Notes under the pieces: generated by a model | The model's database searches: none | What the model saw: the letters and a program-made list of their open reading frames with translations, nothing else | What the model was told of the DNA's origin: nothing | In this document: positions 28,955 through 37,900 of the stretch, piece after piece | How the letters are laid out: every line of letters starts with the position of its first letter | How positions within the stretch are numbered: the stretch's first letter is position 1 | Assembly: GCA_945888435.1 (NCBI GenBank) | Contig: CAMCZW010000007.1 | Coordinates: 12,700-76,699, forward strand | Direction of reading: 5' to 3' | From: a bacterium UBP8_UBA817 | GTDB lineage: Bacteria > Margulisbacteria > Marinamargulisbacteria > SXXA01 > SICP01 | DNA length: 64,000 nucleotides | Program-made: the position numbers and the translations under genes

Positions 28955-29349
28955 TTCTCGTAGATACATCCGTTTGGATTGACTTTTTAAGAAATAAAAA
29001 AAATGACCAGGTGTCAAAACTAGATACCTTAATCAGAGAGAGAATTCCATTCGGTATTAATGAATTTATATATCAAGAACTCTTACAAGGAACTAAAGAC
29101 GTACAAGAATTTAAACTCCTAAAAAGTTATCTGGATACCCAACGCTTTTACCCACTTCCAAACGAAAAAACTCCCTATGCTGAGGCCGCAAAAAGATATT
29201 TTTTATGTAGACGAGAAGGTTATACAATCAGAAGCAGTATCGACATGCTAATCGTTCAAACCTGCATAAGTCACAAACTGTCATTGCTTCACAACGATAA
29301 AGATTTTGAAAAAATAGCCAAAATCGAAAAGAAATTACATTTTTATTAA
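28951..29349 (+). CDS. vapC: PIN-domain toxin VapC
   Basis: MILVDTSVWIDFLRN N-terminus with acidic PIN residues (D5, E, D). Confidence 0.8.
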   Translation: MILVDTSVWIDFLRNKKNDQVSKLDTLIRERIPFGINEFIYQELLQGTKDVQEFKLLKSYLDTQRFYPLPNEKTPYAEAAKRYFLCRREGYTIRSSIDMLIVQTCISHKLSLLHNDKDFEKIAKIEKKLHFY

Positions 29350-29399
29350 AAAATATCTGCGGTATTTCGAAACCCCACCATTTATGATAAATTCTCACC

Positions 29400-30425
29400 A
29401 TGTCCTCAATTAACGATCAACTCGCACAATTACAAACCGATTCCCTTGCCAAAATAGAGCAAGTTACGACGTTATTAATACTTGAAGACATCAAAACTCA
29501 AATCCTAGGTAAAACCGGCGCATTGACCGAAATCCTCAAAGGCCTCAAAGACCTCCCCAATAGCGAAAAACCTATCATTGGCCAACTCGCCAATACCGTT
29601 AAAACAACTTTAACCACAGCCATCGACAGCAAACGCTCTTATTTAGAAGAAGAGGCGTTGGCATCCCAACTGGCTCAAACGACGATCGATATCACCCTGC
29701 CCGGCATCGCCATTACCATCGGCAAAACCCACCCAATTACCCAAACCATCGACCATATCGTGTCACTCTGCAAACAACTCGGCTTTTCAGTCGCCCAAGG
29801 ACCCGATATCGAGACCGAATACACCAATTTCGAAGCACTAAATGTCCCCAAAAACCACCCCGCACGTGACATGCAAGACACGTTTTACATGAAAAACGGC
29901 AATGTCCTTCGCACCCACACATCTCCCGCACAAATCCATGCCATGACAGCTCAAAAGCCACCCATTAAAATCATCGTACCCGGCAAAGTGTACCGCTGTG
30001 ATGCCGACGTCACTCACTCGCCCATGTTTCATCAAATCGAAGGCTTATATGTTGATAAAAATGTCACCTTCGCCCATTTAAAAGGGACGCTCGAATGGCT
30101 TTTAAAAGAGTTATTCGGCAAAAACCAAAAAGTAAGGTTTCGTCCAAGCTATTTTCCTTTTACAGAACCTTCTACCGAAGTCGACGTCGCCTGCTTTAAA
30201 TGTAATGGCGATGGCTGCAGTCTCTGCAAAAAAACCGGCTGGCTAGAAATTTTAGGCGCTGGCATGGTCAATAAAAATGTCTTTCGCCATGTCGATTATG
30301 ATGCAGAGCAATTTACAGGCTTTGCATTTGGCTTAGGCGTCGATCGGATTGCCATGCTCAAATTTGGTATTTCCGACATCCGCCTTTTATATGAAAACGA
30401 CATCCGCTTTTTAAAGCAGTTTTAA
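29400..30425 (+). CDS. pheS: phenylalanine--tRNA ligase alpha subunit
   Basis: Class II aaRS motifs (FRPSYFPFTEPS, GLGVDRIAML). Confidence 0.9.
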   Translation: MSSINDQLAQLQTDSLAKIEQVTTLLILEDIKTQILGKTGALTEILKGLKDLPNSEKPIIGQLANTVKTTLTTAIDSKRSYLEEEALASQLAQTTIDITLPGIAITIGKTHPITQTIDHIVSLCKQLGFSVAQGPDIETEYTNFEALNVPKNHPARDMQDTFYMKNGNVLRTHTSPAQIHAMTAQKPPIKIIVPGKVYRCDADVTHSPMFHQIEGLYVDKNVTFAHLKGTLEWLLKELFGKNQKVRFRPSYFPFTEPSTEVDVACFKCNGDGCSLCKKTGWLEILGAGMVNKNVFRHVDYDAEQFTGFAFGLGVDRIAMLKFGISDIRLLYENDIRFLKQF

Positions 30426-30434
30426 GGACTTTAA

Positions 30435-32804
30435 ATGAAATATCCAATTTCGTGGCTTAAAGAATTCGTCGACATCACCATTCCCATTCAGGAATTGGCA
30501 GACAAACTATCCCTATCTGGACTCGAAGTCGAAGTCATAGACCAAATCAACCCTGACATCTGCAATATCGTTGTCGGTAAAATCCAAAAAATCGAAAAGC
30601 ACCCCAATGCAGACAAGCTTAATGTCACATGGGTCACCGACGGCAAAGACACCCACCAAATTGTCTGCGGTGCCAAAAATATTTTTGAAGGCGCAATAGT
30701 CCCAGTCTCCCTCCCCGGCGCAAAATTGCCAGGTGGCCTTGTCATCAAAAAAGCAAAACTTCGCGATGTCGAGTCCTGCGGCATGATTTGCTCCGAAAGT
30801 GAGCTCGGCGTCAAAGACACTTCCGAAGGCATTTGGCTTTTACCCCAAGACACCCCCATCGGCGTCGATTTTGTCGATTATGCCACCTTAAAAGACACCA
30901 TTTTAGAAATCAAAGTCCTGCCAAACCGCGGCGACTGCCAAAGCATTTATGGTCTGGCACGAGAAATTAGCGTCCTATTAAATACGCCATTAAAACAACC
31001 CAATACATCGCTCACATTAAGCGATTTACCCTTATCTCAAAAAATCACCGTCGAAACCCCATCAACTTGCCCATTATATACAGCGCGAAAAATCCAATTC
31101 GACACCATGCCCGCAACCCCACTATGGATGATGCGCCGCCTCAATTTATGCGGAAATCGCTCCATTAATCTGATGGTCGACATTACAAATTATGTTTTAC
31201 TCGAACTCGGCCAGCCACTTCATACATTTGATGCTAAAAAATTAACGGCCTTAACCATCGGAAATGCAACAGACTCTGAAAAAATCCAAGCACTGGATGG
31301 CAACACTTATTCTCTCAATTCATCAATGATGGTGATAAAAGACGATAGTGGAGTCCAAGCCATCGCAGGCGTCATGGGTGCAAAACCCAGCGAAACCACA
31401 CCCGAAAGCACCGAAATCGTCCTCGAAGCCGCGTATTTTGATGCAGTCTCCGTCCGAAAAACGACCAGCAGCCTAGCCCTGCGCACCGAAAGTGCCATCC
31501 GTTTTGAAAAAGGCGTCAATATCGAAGCCGTCGAAACCGCATCCAATCGCGCAAGTCACTTAATCCAGCAACTCGCCGGGGCCAAAGTCGGCCAACTCAC
31601 TCAAGTAAAATCAGAAACAGACAGCAGATTTGCCAAAAAATCCATTCCCTTTTCATCAAAAGCCATCAATGCATTACTAGGCACCACTTTTTCAGAAGCG
31701 GACATGTTTCGCGTATTAAATGCGCTAGAAATTACCCTCGACGACCACAATGCCATCATCCCCGCCCATCGTCGCCATGATTTACAGGAGCTTCCATGCC
31801 TGGCCGAGGAAATCGCTCGCCTCATCGGCTACGATCAAATCCCATCGATTTTACCTCCAACACCACTAGCCCAAACCAAAGACTCTCCATTATCCACCCT
31901 ACAAAACACATTAGGCCCCATTTTCAAAACCCATGGCTTTAACGAAACCATTAACTTCACCATGATTTCGCCATCAGACATTCAAAAATGCAATTTAAGT
32001 ACAAAAGACCTGCAGGAAATCTCCAACCCAATGTCAGTTGAAGAATCAATTATGCGCCCATCACTATTGCCATCTCTTCTCAAAGTCGCATCCCATAACC
32101 TCAACCGCCAACAAAACAGCATTAAAATTTACGAAATCGGCTCTCAATGGACTGGACCAACCCAAGAAACTTACCTCGCCGCACTAACCATCGGTCAAAC
32201 ATTCGACTCACCCTATGTCAGCCACTTAAAAACAGTCACCCAAAGTAACTTTTTAACCCTCAAAGGCATTGTCGAAACCACACTGGCATCATCTGGCTAC
32301 CAACCAACATTTATTAAATCTGAGGAATTGTATTTACACCCAGTCCTCCAACTCAAAATCAGCATTAATGGCGCTATTATCGGAGAATTTGGCAATATCC
32401 ATCCATCGATTGCCAAACGCTACGACATTACCGACCAAGCAGGCTACATCAGCCTCAACCTCTCTCAACTGTCACAACAAAATTCAGCAGCAAAACGCTA
32501 TCAGGAACTGTCAAAATTCCCTTCCACAAGACGGGACGTCGCCATCCTAGCCCCACTGACATTAGGCTACGATGCCATCAAAACTCAAATCGATGCCCAT
32601 CTCCCAAGCCAAGTCACCCACTACAATTTATTTGATTTATTCGAATCCGAAGAAAAACTAGGCAAAGACAATAAAAGTCTGGCCATTTCATTTACATATC
32701 AAGCAGTAGATCGAAACCTTACTGATGACGAAGTCAATCAAGCCCACATCCAACTCTGCCAGGTACTCAGCCAAACATTGCCCATTACCATTCGCGATCA
32801 TTGA
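30435..32804 (+). CDS. pheT: phenylalanine--tRNA ligase beta subunit
   Basis: 789 aa. tRNA-binding N-terminal domain plus B3/B4 and B5 segments. SD AAGGA precedes the ATG. Confidence 0.9.
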   Translation: MKYPISWLKEFVDITIPIQELADKLSLSGLEVEVIDQINPDICNIVVGKIQKIEKHPNADKLNVTWVTDGKDTHQIVCGAKNIFEGAIVPVSLPGAKLPGGLVIKKAKLRDVESCGMICSESELGVKDTSEGIWLLPQDTPIGVDFVDYATLKDTILEIKVLPNRGDCQSIYGLAREISVLLNTPLKQPNTSLTLSDLPLSQKITVETPSTCPLYTARKIQFDTMPATPLWMMRRLNLCGNRSINLMVDITNYVLLELGQPLHTFDAKKLTALTIGNATDSEKIQALDGNTYSLNSSMMVIKDDSGVQAIAGVMGAKPSETTPESTEIVLEAAYFDAVSVRKTTSSLALRTESAIRFEKGVNIEAVETASNRASHLIQQLAGAKVGQLTQVKSETDSRFAKKSIPFSSKAINALLGTTFSEADMFRVLNALEITLDDHNAIIPAHRRHDLQELPCLAEEIARLIGYDQIPSILPPTPLAQTKDSPLSTLQNTLGPIFKTHGFNETINFTMISPSDIQKCNLSTKDLQEISNPMSVEESIMRPSLLPSLLKVASHNLNRQQNSIKIYEIGSQWTGPTQETYLAALTIGQTFDSPYVSHLKTVTQSNFLTLKGIVETTLASSGYQPTFIKSEELYLHPVLQLKISINGAIIGEFGNIHPSIAKRYDITDQAGYISLNLSQLSQQNSAAKRYQELSKFPSTRRDVAILAPLTLGYDAIKTQIDAHLPSQVTHYNLFDLFESEEKLGKDNKSLAISFTYQAVDRNLTDDEVNQAHIQLCQVLSQTLPITIRDH

Positions 32805-35260
32805 TGACGACGCAGTCCACTGATCAATTTTCAACCCCAATGCTCCGCCAATACGCGGAGATTAAAGCCGGCTACCAGGATGCCATCCTATTTTTCAGGC
32901 TTGGCGATTTTTACGAAATGTTTCTAGATGATGCCCTCATCGCCTCAAAAGAGCTGGAACTCACTCTCACCGGTCGCGGAAAAGACAGTAGTCGCATCCC
33001 AATGTGTGGACTCCCCTATCATGCCGCGGACAGCTATATCAGCAAACTCGTGAGTCGAGGCTTCAAAGTCGCCATCTGCGAACAAGTCGAAGACGCCTCA
33101 CTCTCCAAAGGGATCACCAAACGCGAAGTCGTCAAAGTCATCACACCCGGCACCGTCAACGATGCAGCGTCCCTCACCGAGACCGAAAACAACTACCTCA
33201 TGGCCATCCATAGCCACAAAAGCACTCCCTCATTCGGAGTCAGCTTCATCGATATAACCACTGGCGAATTTAAACTTCTAGAAATGCCCACCGCCACAGA
33301 GCTAAATGCCCTCATCGAGCAACTCGCCCCCAAAGAACTCCTCCTAGGCGAAGACTCGACTCTCCAATTATTCAAAAAAATCTCAACCACCATCGTCAAC
33401 TTCCAAACCTCTGAACGCGCAGAAGAAGAACTCTGTCGGTATTTCAAAATTCAAAGCCTATCCGGTTTAGGGATTGCCCCATTTAAATCCGCATTTCCAG
33501 CAGCATGGGCCATCTTGGATTATGTACGTATTACCCAAAAAAATAGCGTTCCGCAAATCAATTCACTAAAGGTTCATAGCACCGACCAATACCTTTTTTT
33601 AGATACTCCCACCATCCAAAACTTAGAACTCACCCACTCGATCACCGGACATCCCACCTTATTTAAAATTCTAAAGCACACTAAAACCGCCATGGGAGCC
33701 CGCGCCCTCAAACAGCTCATCCTTAACCCACTCACAGATATCGGCCGCATCCACAGACGCCAGGACAGCGTCGAAGCCCTCCTCCTCGACCGACTCTCAA
33801 GGGAAGAACTTAGGGAATCCCTCGCCCATATTTATGATATCGAACGTCTCACCTCGCGCCTCAACAGCCACACCCCAAATCCACGCGATTTAATCTCGCT
33901 CAAACAATCACTTTCCATCCTCAAGGAAATCTCAGCCATTCTGGATCAAGTCACGCATCCTGCACTCGAGCCATTTGGGAACTTCTTCAAAGCCACACAA
34001 GCGCCAGAGTCTCCAATCCAAGAAATCCTCACCCTCATCGAAGAAAACATTATCGACGAACCCCCTGTTAATATCCGTGACGGCCATATCTTCAAACCCA
34101 GCAATCACCCCGCACTCAAAGCACTGCTCACTACATTCCAGGAAATCCGGGACTGGATTAACACCCTCGAACCCAAAGAAAGAGAGTTAACCGGTATCCG
34201 CACCCTCAAAGTCGGATTCAACAAAGTATTCGGCTACTATTTCGAAGTCAGCCAAGGACAAATAGACAAAGTCCCACCGCACTACATTCGCAAACAAACC
34301 CTCGTAAATGGCGAAAGATACATCACCCCAGAACTCAAAGAAAAAGAAATCATCCTCCTCAACGGAGAAGACCAACAAAAAAAACTAGAGCAAACTCTGT
34401 ATGCAGAGCTCATCCAAAAACTCATCCCCCATATCCCAAGTCTCCAAAAATTAGCCCTCATGATTTCGACACTCGATTGCATCCAATCCCTCGCCACCGC
34501 AGCCCAAAAATACAATTACAAAAAACCAATCATCACCGACACCCCATCACTTGAAATCACGATCAAAAATGGCCGACACCCTATCGTGGAGCAATCCATG
34601 AGTACACCATTCATCTCCAATTCCATCACCATGTCCAACACTCATAATCGTCTCATATTCATCACCGGACCCAATATGGCCGGCAAATCCACCTTTATGC
34701 GACAGCTAGCCTTACTCATCATCATGGCCCAAATGGGAAGTTTCATCCCCGCAGATTCTGCCACCATCAGCATCGTGGACAAGTTATTCACTAGAATCGG
34801 TGCCAGTGACAACCTCGCCGCCGGCCAAAGCACCTTCATGGTCGAAATGCTCGAAACCTCCGCCATCCTCAATACCGCCACCTATAAAAGCCTCATTCTC
34901 CTCGACGAAATCGGACGCGGAACGGCCACCTTCGACGGCATGAGCCTCGCCTGCGCCATCACCGAATACATCCACCAAGACATCGGTGCCCGCACCCTCT
35001 TCGCCACGCATTATCACGAACTCACTATCCTCGCAGACCACCACAAAGAAATCGCCAACTACAACATGAAAATTTCAGAAATTGACGGCCACTTGGTCTT
35101 CGAACATAAATTCGTCCCAGGCCCCGCCGACAAAAGCTACGGAATCCATGTCGCCAAAATGGCCGGCCTCCCCAAAAAAATCATCACCGCCGCCGAGTCC
35201 CACTTAAACGGATTCGAACTCCATGGCGCTACCTATCTTAAAACACTTATTGTAAACTAG
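32804..35260 (+). CDS. mutS: DNA mismatch repair protein MutS
   Basis: GPNMAGKSTFMRQ Walker A, DEIGRGT and STFMVEM motifs. The ATG at 32804 overlaps the pheT stop; the track's TTG start is at 32801. Confidence 0.9.
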   Translation: MTTQSTDQFSTPMLRQYAEIKAGYQDAILFFRLGDFYEMFLDDALIASKELELTLTGRGKDSSRIPMCGLPYHAADSYISKLVSRGFKVAICEQVEDASLSKGITKREVVKVITPGTVNDAASLTETENNYLMAIHSHKSTPSFGVSFIDITTGEFKLLEMPTATELNALIEQLAPKELLLGEDSTLQLFKKISTTIVNFQTSERAEEELCRYFKIQSLSGLGIAPFKSAFPAAWAILDYVRITQKNSVPQINSLKVHSTDQYLFLDTPTIQNLELTHSITGHPTLFKILKHTKTAMGARALKQLILNPLTDIGRIHRRQDSVEALLLDRLSREELRESLAHIYDIERLTSRLNSHTPNPRDLISLKQSLSILKEISAILDQVTHPALEPFGNFFKATQAPESPIQEILTLIEENIIDEPPVNIRDGHIFKPSNHPALKALLTTFQEIRDWINTLEPKERELTGIRTLKVGFNKVFGYYFEVSQGQIDKVPPHYIRKQTLVNGERYITPELKEKEIILLNGEDQQKKLEQTLYAELIQKLIPHIPSLQKLALMISTLDCIQSLATAAQKYNYKKPIITDTPSLEITIKNGRHPIVEQSMSTPFISNSITMSNTHNRLIFITGPNMAGKSTFMRQLALLIIMAQMGSFIPADSATISIVDKLFTRIGASDNLAAGQSTFMVEMLETSAILNTATYKSLILLDEIGRGTATFDGMSLACAITEYIHQDIGARTLFATHYHELTILADHHKEIANYNMKISEIDGHLVFEHKFVPGPADKSYGIHVAKMAGLPKKIITAAESHLNGFELHGATYLKTLIVN

Positions 35261-35266
35261 TGCCCT

Positions 35267-35803
35267 ATGATATTCACAAGATTAGCTATACCAGACGTTA
35301 TCCTCATCACGCCAACCGTATTCAGCGATGATCGCGGCTTTTTTATCGAAAGCTATCATCACGAAAAGTTTAGGCAGGGCGGAATTACAGATACATTCGT
35401 CCAGGATAATCACAGTAAATCCGTTCAAGGCACCTTACGGGGTCTCCACTATCAACTCCCACCACATGCCCAAGCCAAACTTGTCCGCTGCATTCAAGGC
35501 GAAATCATCGACGTTGCTGTAGATATTAGGCCTAACTCCCCAACCTATGGTCACTGGGTCAGCCACCATTTATCCAGCGACAACAAACAAATGATCTATG
35601 TCCCAGACACCTTCGCACATGGGTTTTACGTCCTAAGCGACACCGCCGAAGTCGAGTACAAATGCTCCACCACCTATGCCCCCCAATTCGAACGAAGTAT
35701 TAAATATGATGACCCCACCCTCATGATCGATTGGCAACTAATTCCCGGACTCCCTATTCTCCTGTCAAAAAAAGACGAAGCCGCACCAGGGTTTAGCAAA
35801 TAA
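35267..35803 (+). CDS. rfbC: dTDP-4-dehydrorhamnose 3,5-epimerase (RmlC/RfbC cupin)
   Basis: FSDDRGFFIESY and HYQLPPHAQAKLVRCIQGEIIDVAVDIR are typical of RmlC. Confidence 0.8.
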   Translation: MIFTRLAIPDVILITPTVFSDDRGFFIESYHHEKFRQGGITDTFVQDNHSKSVQGTLRGLHYQLPPHAQAKLVRCIQGEIIDVAVDIRPNSPTYGHWVSHHLSSDNKQMIYVPDTFAHGFYVLSDTAEVEYKCSTTYAPQFERSIKYDDPTLMIDWQLIPGLPILLSKKDEAAPGFSK

Positions 35804-35809
35804 CCTGGC

Positions 35810-35924
35810 TTAATACTCACCCACCCACCTCCCTCTCTATTCTAAAGAGGGAGGCTTTTTATACATAAATAATCAAAACCAGTTCCCCTCTTTGGCACAG
35901 AGAGGGGTTAGGGGTGAGTGTTAA
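35810..35924. repeat. MITE/REP-like element, copy B (~115 bp; imperfect TIR ttaatactcaccc ... gggtgagtgttaa; two internal hairpins)
   Basis: Hairpins cctccctct-ctattctaa-agagggagg and cccctct-ttggcacag-agagggg. About 80% identical to copy C and shares its termini with copy A. Lies 7 nt after the rfbC stop. Confidence 0.75.
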
Positions 35925-35974
35925 CCAATTAACTCCATGACATATCAAAGAGTGCCGGATATAATACCCAGATC

Positions 35975-37795
35975 ATGAATTGGAAATCCCGTCGTTTTTC
36001 TGGAACTGTCTCTTTAACCGATAAAGGCTCCGAAGTCACCCTCTATGGATGGGTCGACACGATTCGCGATCATGGCCAGTTATTATTTATTCACATCCGC
36101 GACCGTAGCGGCGTTCTCCAACTCGTATTTGATCCTGAGTACAATAAGCAAAGCTACGATATTGCCCAAACACTCAGAAGCGAAGATGTCATCGAAGCCA
36201 TCGGCACCGTCATCGAAAGAGACGACGCCGCAAAAAATCCACACCTTCCGACTGGCTCCATCGAAATTCACATCAAATCCATCAAACGGCTCACAAAAGC
36301 CCTCACCCCACCCTTTATTATTACTGAAAAAGAACTCAAAGACGGCGAAGAAAAGGCCGAATTTAATGTTGATGAAGATATCCGACTTCAATACCGATAC
36401 CTCGATTTACGCCGTCCAAGCATGCAACAACACCTATTCAAACGCTATCGCATCCTCAAAGTCATCCGGGATTACCTGGATAAAGAAGGCTTCATCGAAG
36501 TCGAAACTCCAGTCCTCACCAAAAGTACGCCCGAAGGTGCCCGCGACTACCTCGTCCCAAGTAGGACACATGAAGGTCACTTTTATGCCCTCCCGCAATC
36601 ACCACAACTGTTTAAACAGTTACTCATGGTGGGTGGATTTGAGCGCTATTTCCAAGTCGTTAAATGCTTTAGAGACGAAGATTTAAGACCAAACCGACAA
36701 CCCGAATTCACTCAGCTCGATATGGAAGCCTCCTTCATCGATGAAACTTTCATATATAATCTCATCGAACCTCTCATCACCAAAGCATTCGAAATTGGCG
36801 ATATTAAACTTGAAGGCCCCTTCCCTCACATTACTTACCAAGAATCCATGGACAAATACGGCTGCGACCGCCCAGACCTTCGCTTTGGTCTCGAAATGAT
36901 CAATGTCACAGAAATTTTCAAAAACACTTCCTATAAAATTTTCCAATCCATTAGCCAGTCCAATGGACTCATTAAAGGGATTAACATCAAAGGCATGGCC
37001 GACCAAATGAGCAAATCCATGCTCCAAGAAGACCTCGCCAAAAAAGTCATCCCAAGCTTGGGCGCCAAAGGCATGACTTGGATGAAAGTATTGGATGGCA
37101 AATTAGAGTCCAACATCGTCCAGTTTTTAAGCGAAGACGAACAAAAAAATATTATCCAACAATTAGACGGCCAAAATGGCGATGTCCTTATCTTTATTGC
37201 CGATACTGACCACGCACTCGTTAACGATGTTCTAGGCCGATTTAGACTTTATATCGCTAATCGCCTTAACATCATCCCTAAAAATGTTTACAAAGCATGC
37301 TGGGTAGTCGACTTCCCACTATATGAAAGAAAAGATGGTCGCCTTCACAGCGTTCATCACCCATTCACCACGCCTAAAGTGGACATCACCAAAATCACCG
37401 ATCAAGACGAACTTCTCAAAGTCACGGCCATTGCCTACGACATCGTCGTCAACGGAGAAGAACTCGGCGGCGGCAGCATCCGTATTCATGATCCCAATAT
37501 CCAATCTAAAATTTTCAAAGACTTGGGCTTAACCCCTGAACAAATCGAACAAAAATTCGGCTTTTTCATCAACGCATTCAAATACGGCACCCCACCCCAT
37601 GGCGGTCTGGCCATCGGTGTCGACCGACTCACATCAATGGTCTTAGGTCTCGAAAACATCCGAGAAGTCATCGCCTTCCCCAAAAACCGTGTCGCCTACT
37701 GTCCAATGACCCAAGCGCCAAGCCCCGTCACCGACGATCAATTATCGGACCTCCACATCCGCACCCAACTCACTCCAAAACCCGAATCTAAGTAA
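35975..37795 (+). CDS. aspS: aspartate--tRNA ligase
   Basis: 606 aa with an OB-fold N-terminus and class II motifs (FRDEDLRPNRQPEFTQLDME, GGLAIGVDRL). Confidence 0.9.
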   Translation: MNWKSRRFSGTVSLTDKGSEVTLYGWVDTIRDHGQLLFIHIRDRSGVLQLVFDPEYNKQSYDIAQTLRSEDVIEAIGTVIERDDAAKNPHLPTGSIEIHIKSIKRLTKALTPPFIITEKELKDGEEKAEFNVDEDIRLQYRYLDLRRPSMQQHLFKRYRILKVIRDYLDKEGFIEVETPVLTKSTPEGARDYLVPSRTHEGHFYALPQSPQLFKQLLMVGGFERYFQVVKCFRDEDLRPNRQPEFTQLDMEASFIDETFIYNLIEPLITKAFEIGDIKLEGPFPHITYQESMDKYGCDRPDLRFGLEMINVTEIFKNTSYKIFQSISQSNGLIKGINIKGMADQMSKSMLQEDLAKKVIPSLGAKGMTWMKVLDGKLESNIVQFLSEDEQKNIIQQLDGQNGDVLIFIADTDHALVNDVLGRFRLYIANRLNIIPKNVYKACWVVDFPLYERKDGRLHSVHHPFTTPKVDITKITDQDELLKVTAIAYDIVVNGEELGGGSIRIHDPNIQSKIFKDLGLTPEQIEQKFGFFINAFKYGTPPHGGLAIGVDRLTSMVLGLENIREVIAFPKNRVAYCPMTQAPSPVTDDQLSDLHIRTQLTPKPESK

Positions 37796-37900
37796 GGTCA
37801 GAGTTCCCCATCGAGTCATCTTGCAAAGCTAGACAGCTATTTCACCCATCTCACAGGGCAGCCCGACAGATTAAATCAGCTTCTTAAACAAGAGAAAAAA

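Noticed and set aside
29340-29400. Possible tRNA-like CCA end (aaaccccacca) before pheS
   Set aside because: The region is AT-rich with no cloverleaf-compatible stems or T-loop GTTC motif.
35880-35910. TGGCAC in repeat copy B as the sigma-54 -24 element (the organism encodes a sigma-54 activator)
   Set aside because: No TTGC(A/T) -12 element at the required spacing. No full GG-N10-GC promoter found by eye anywhere in the window. A full-genome PSSM scan is needed.
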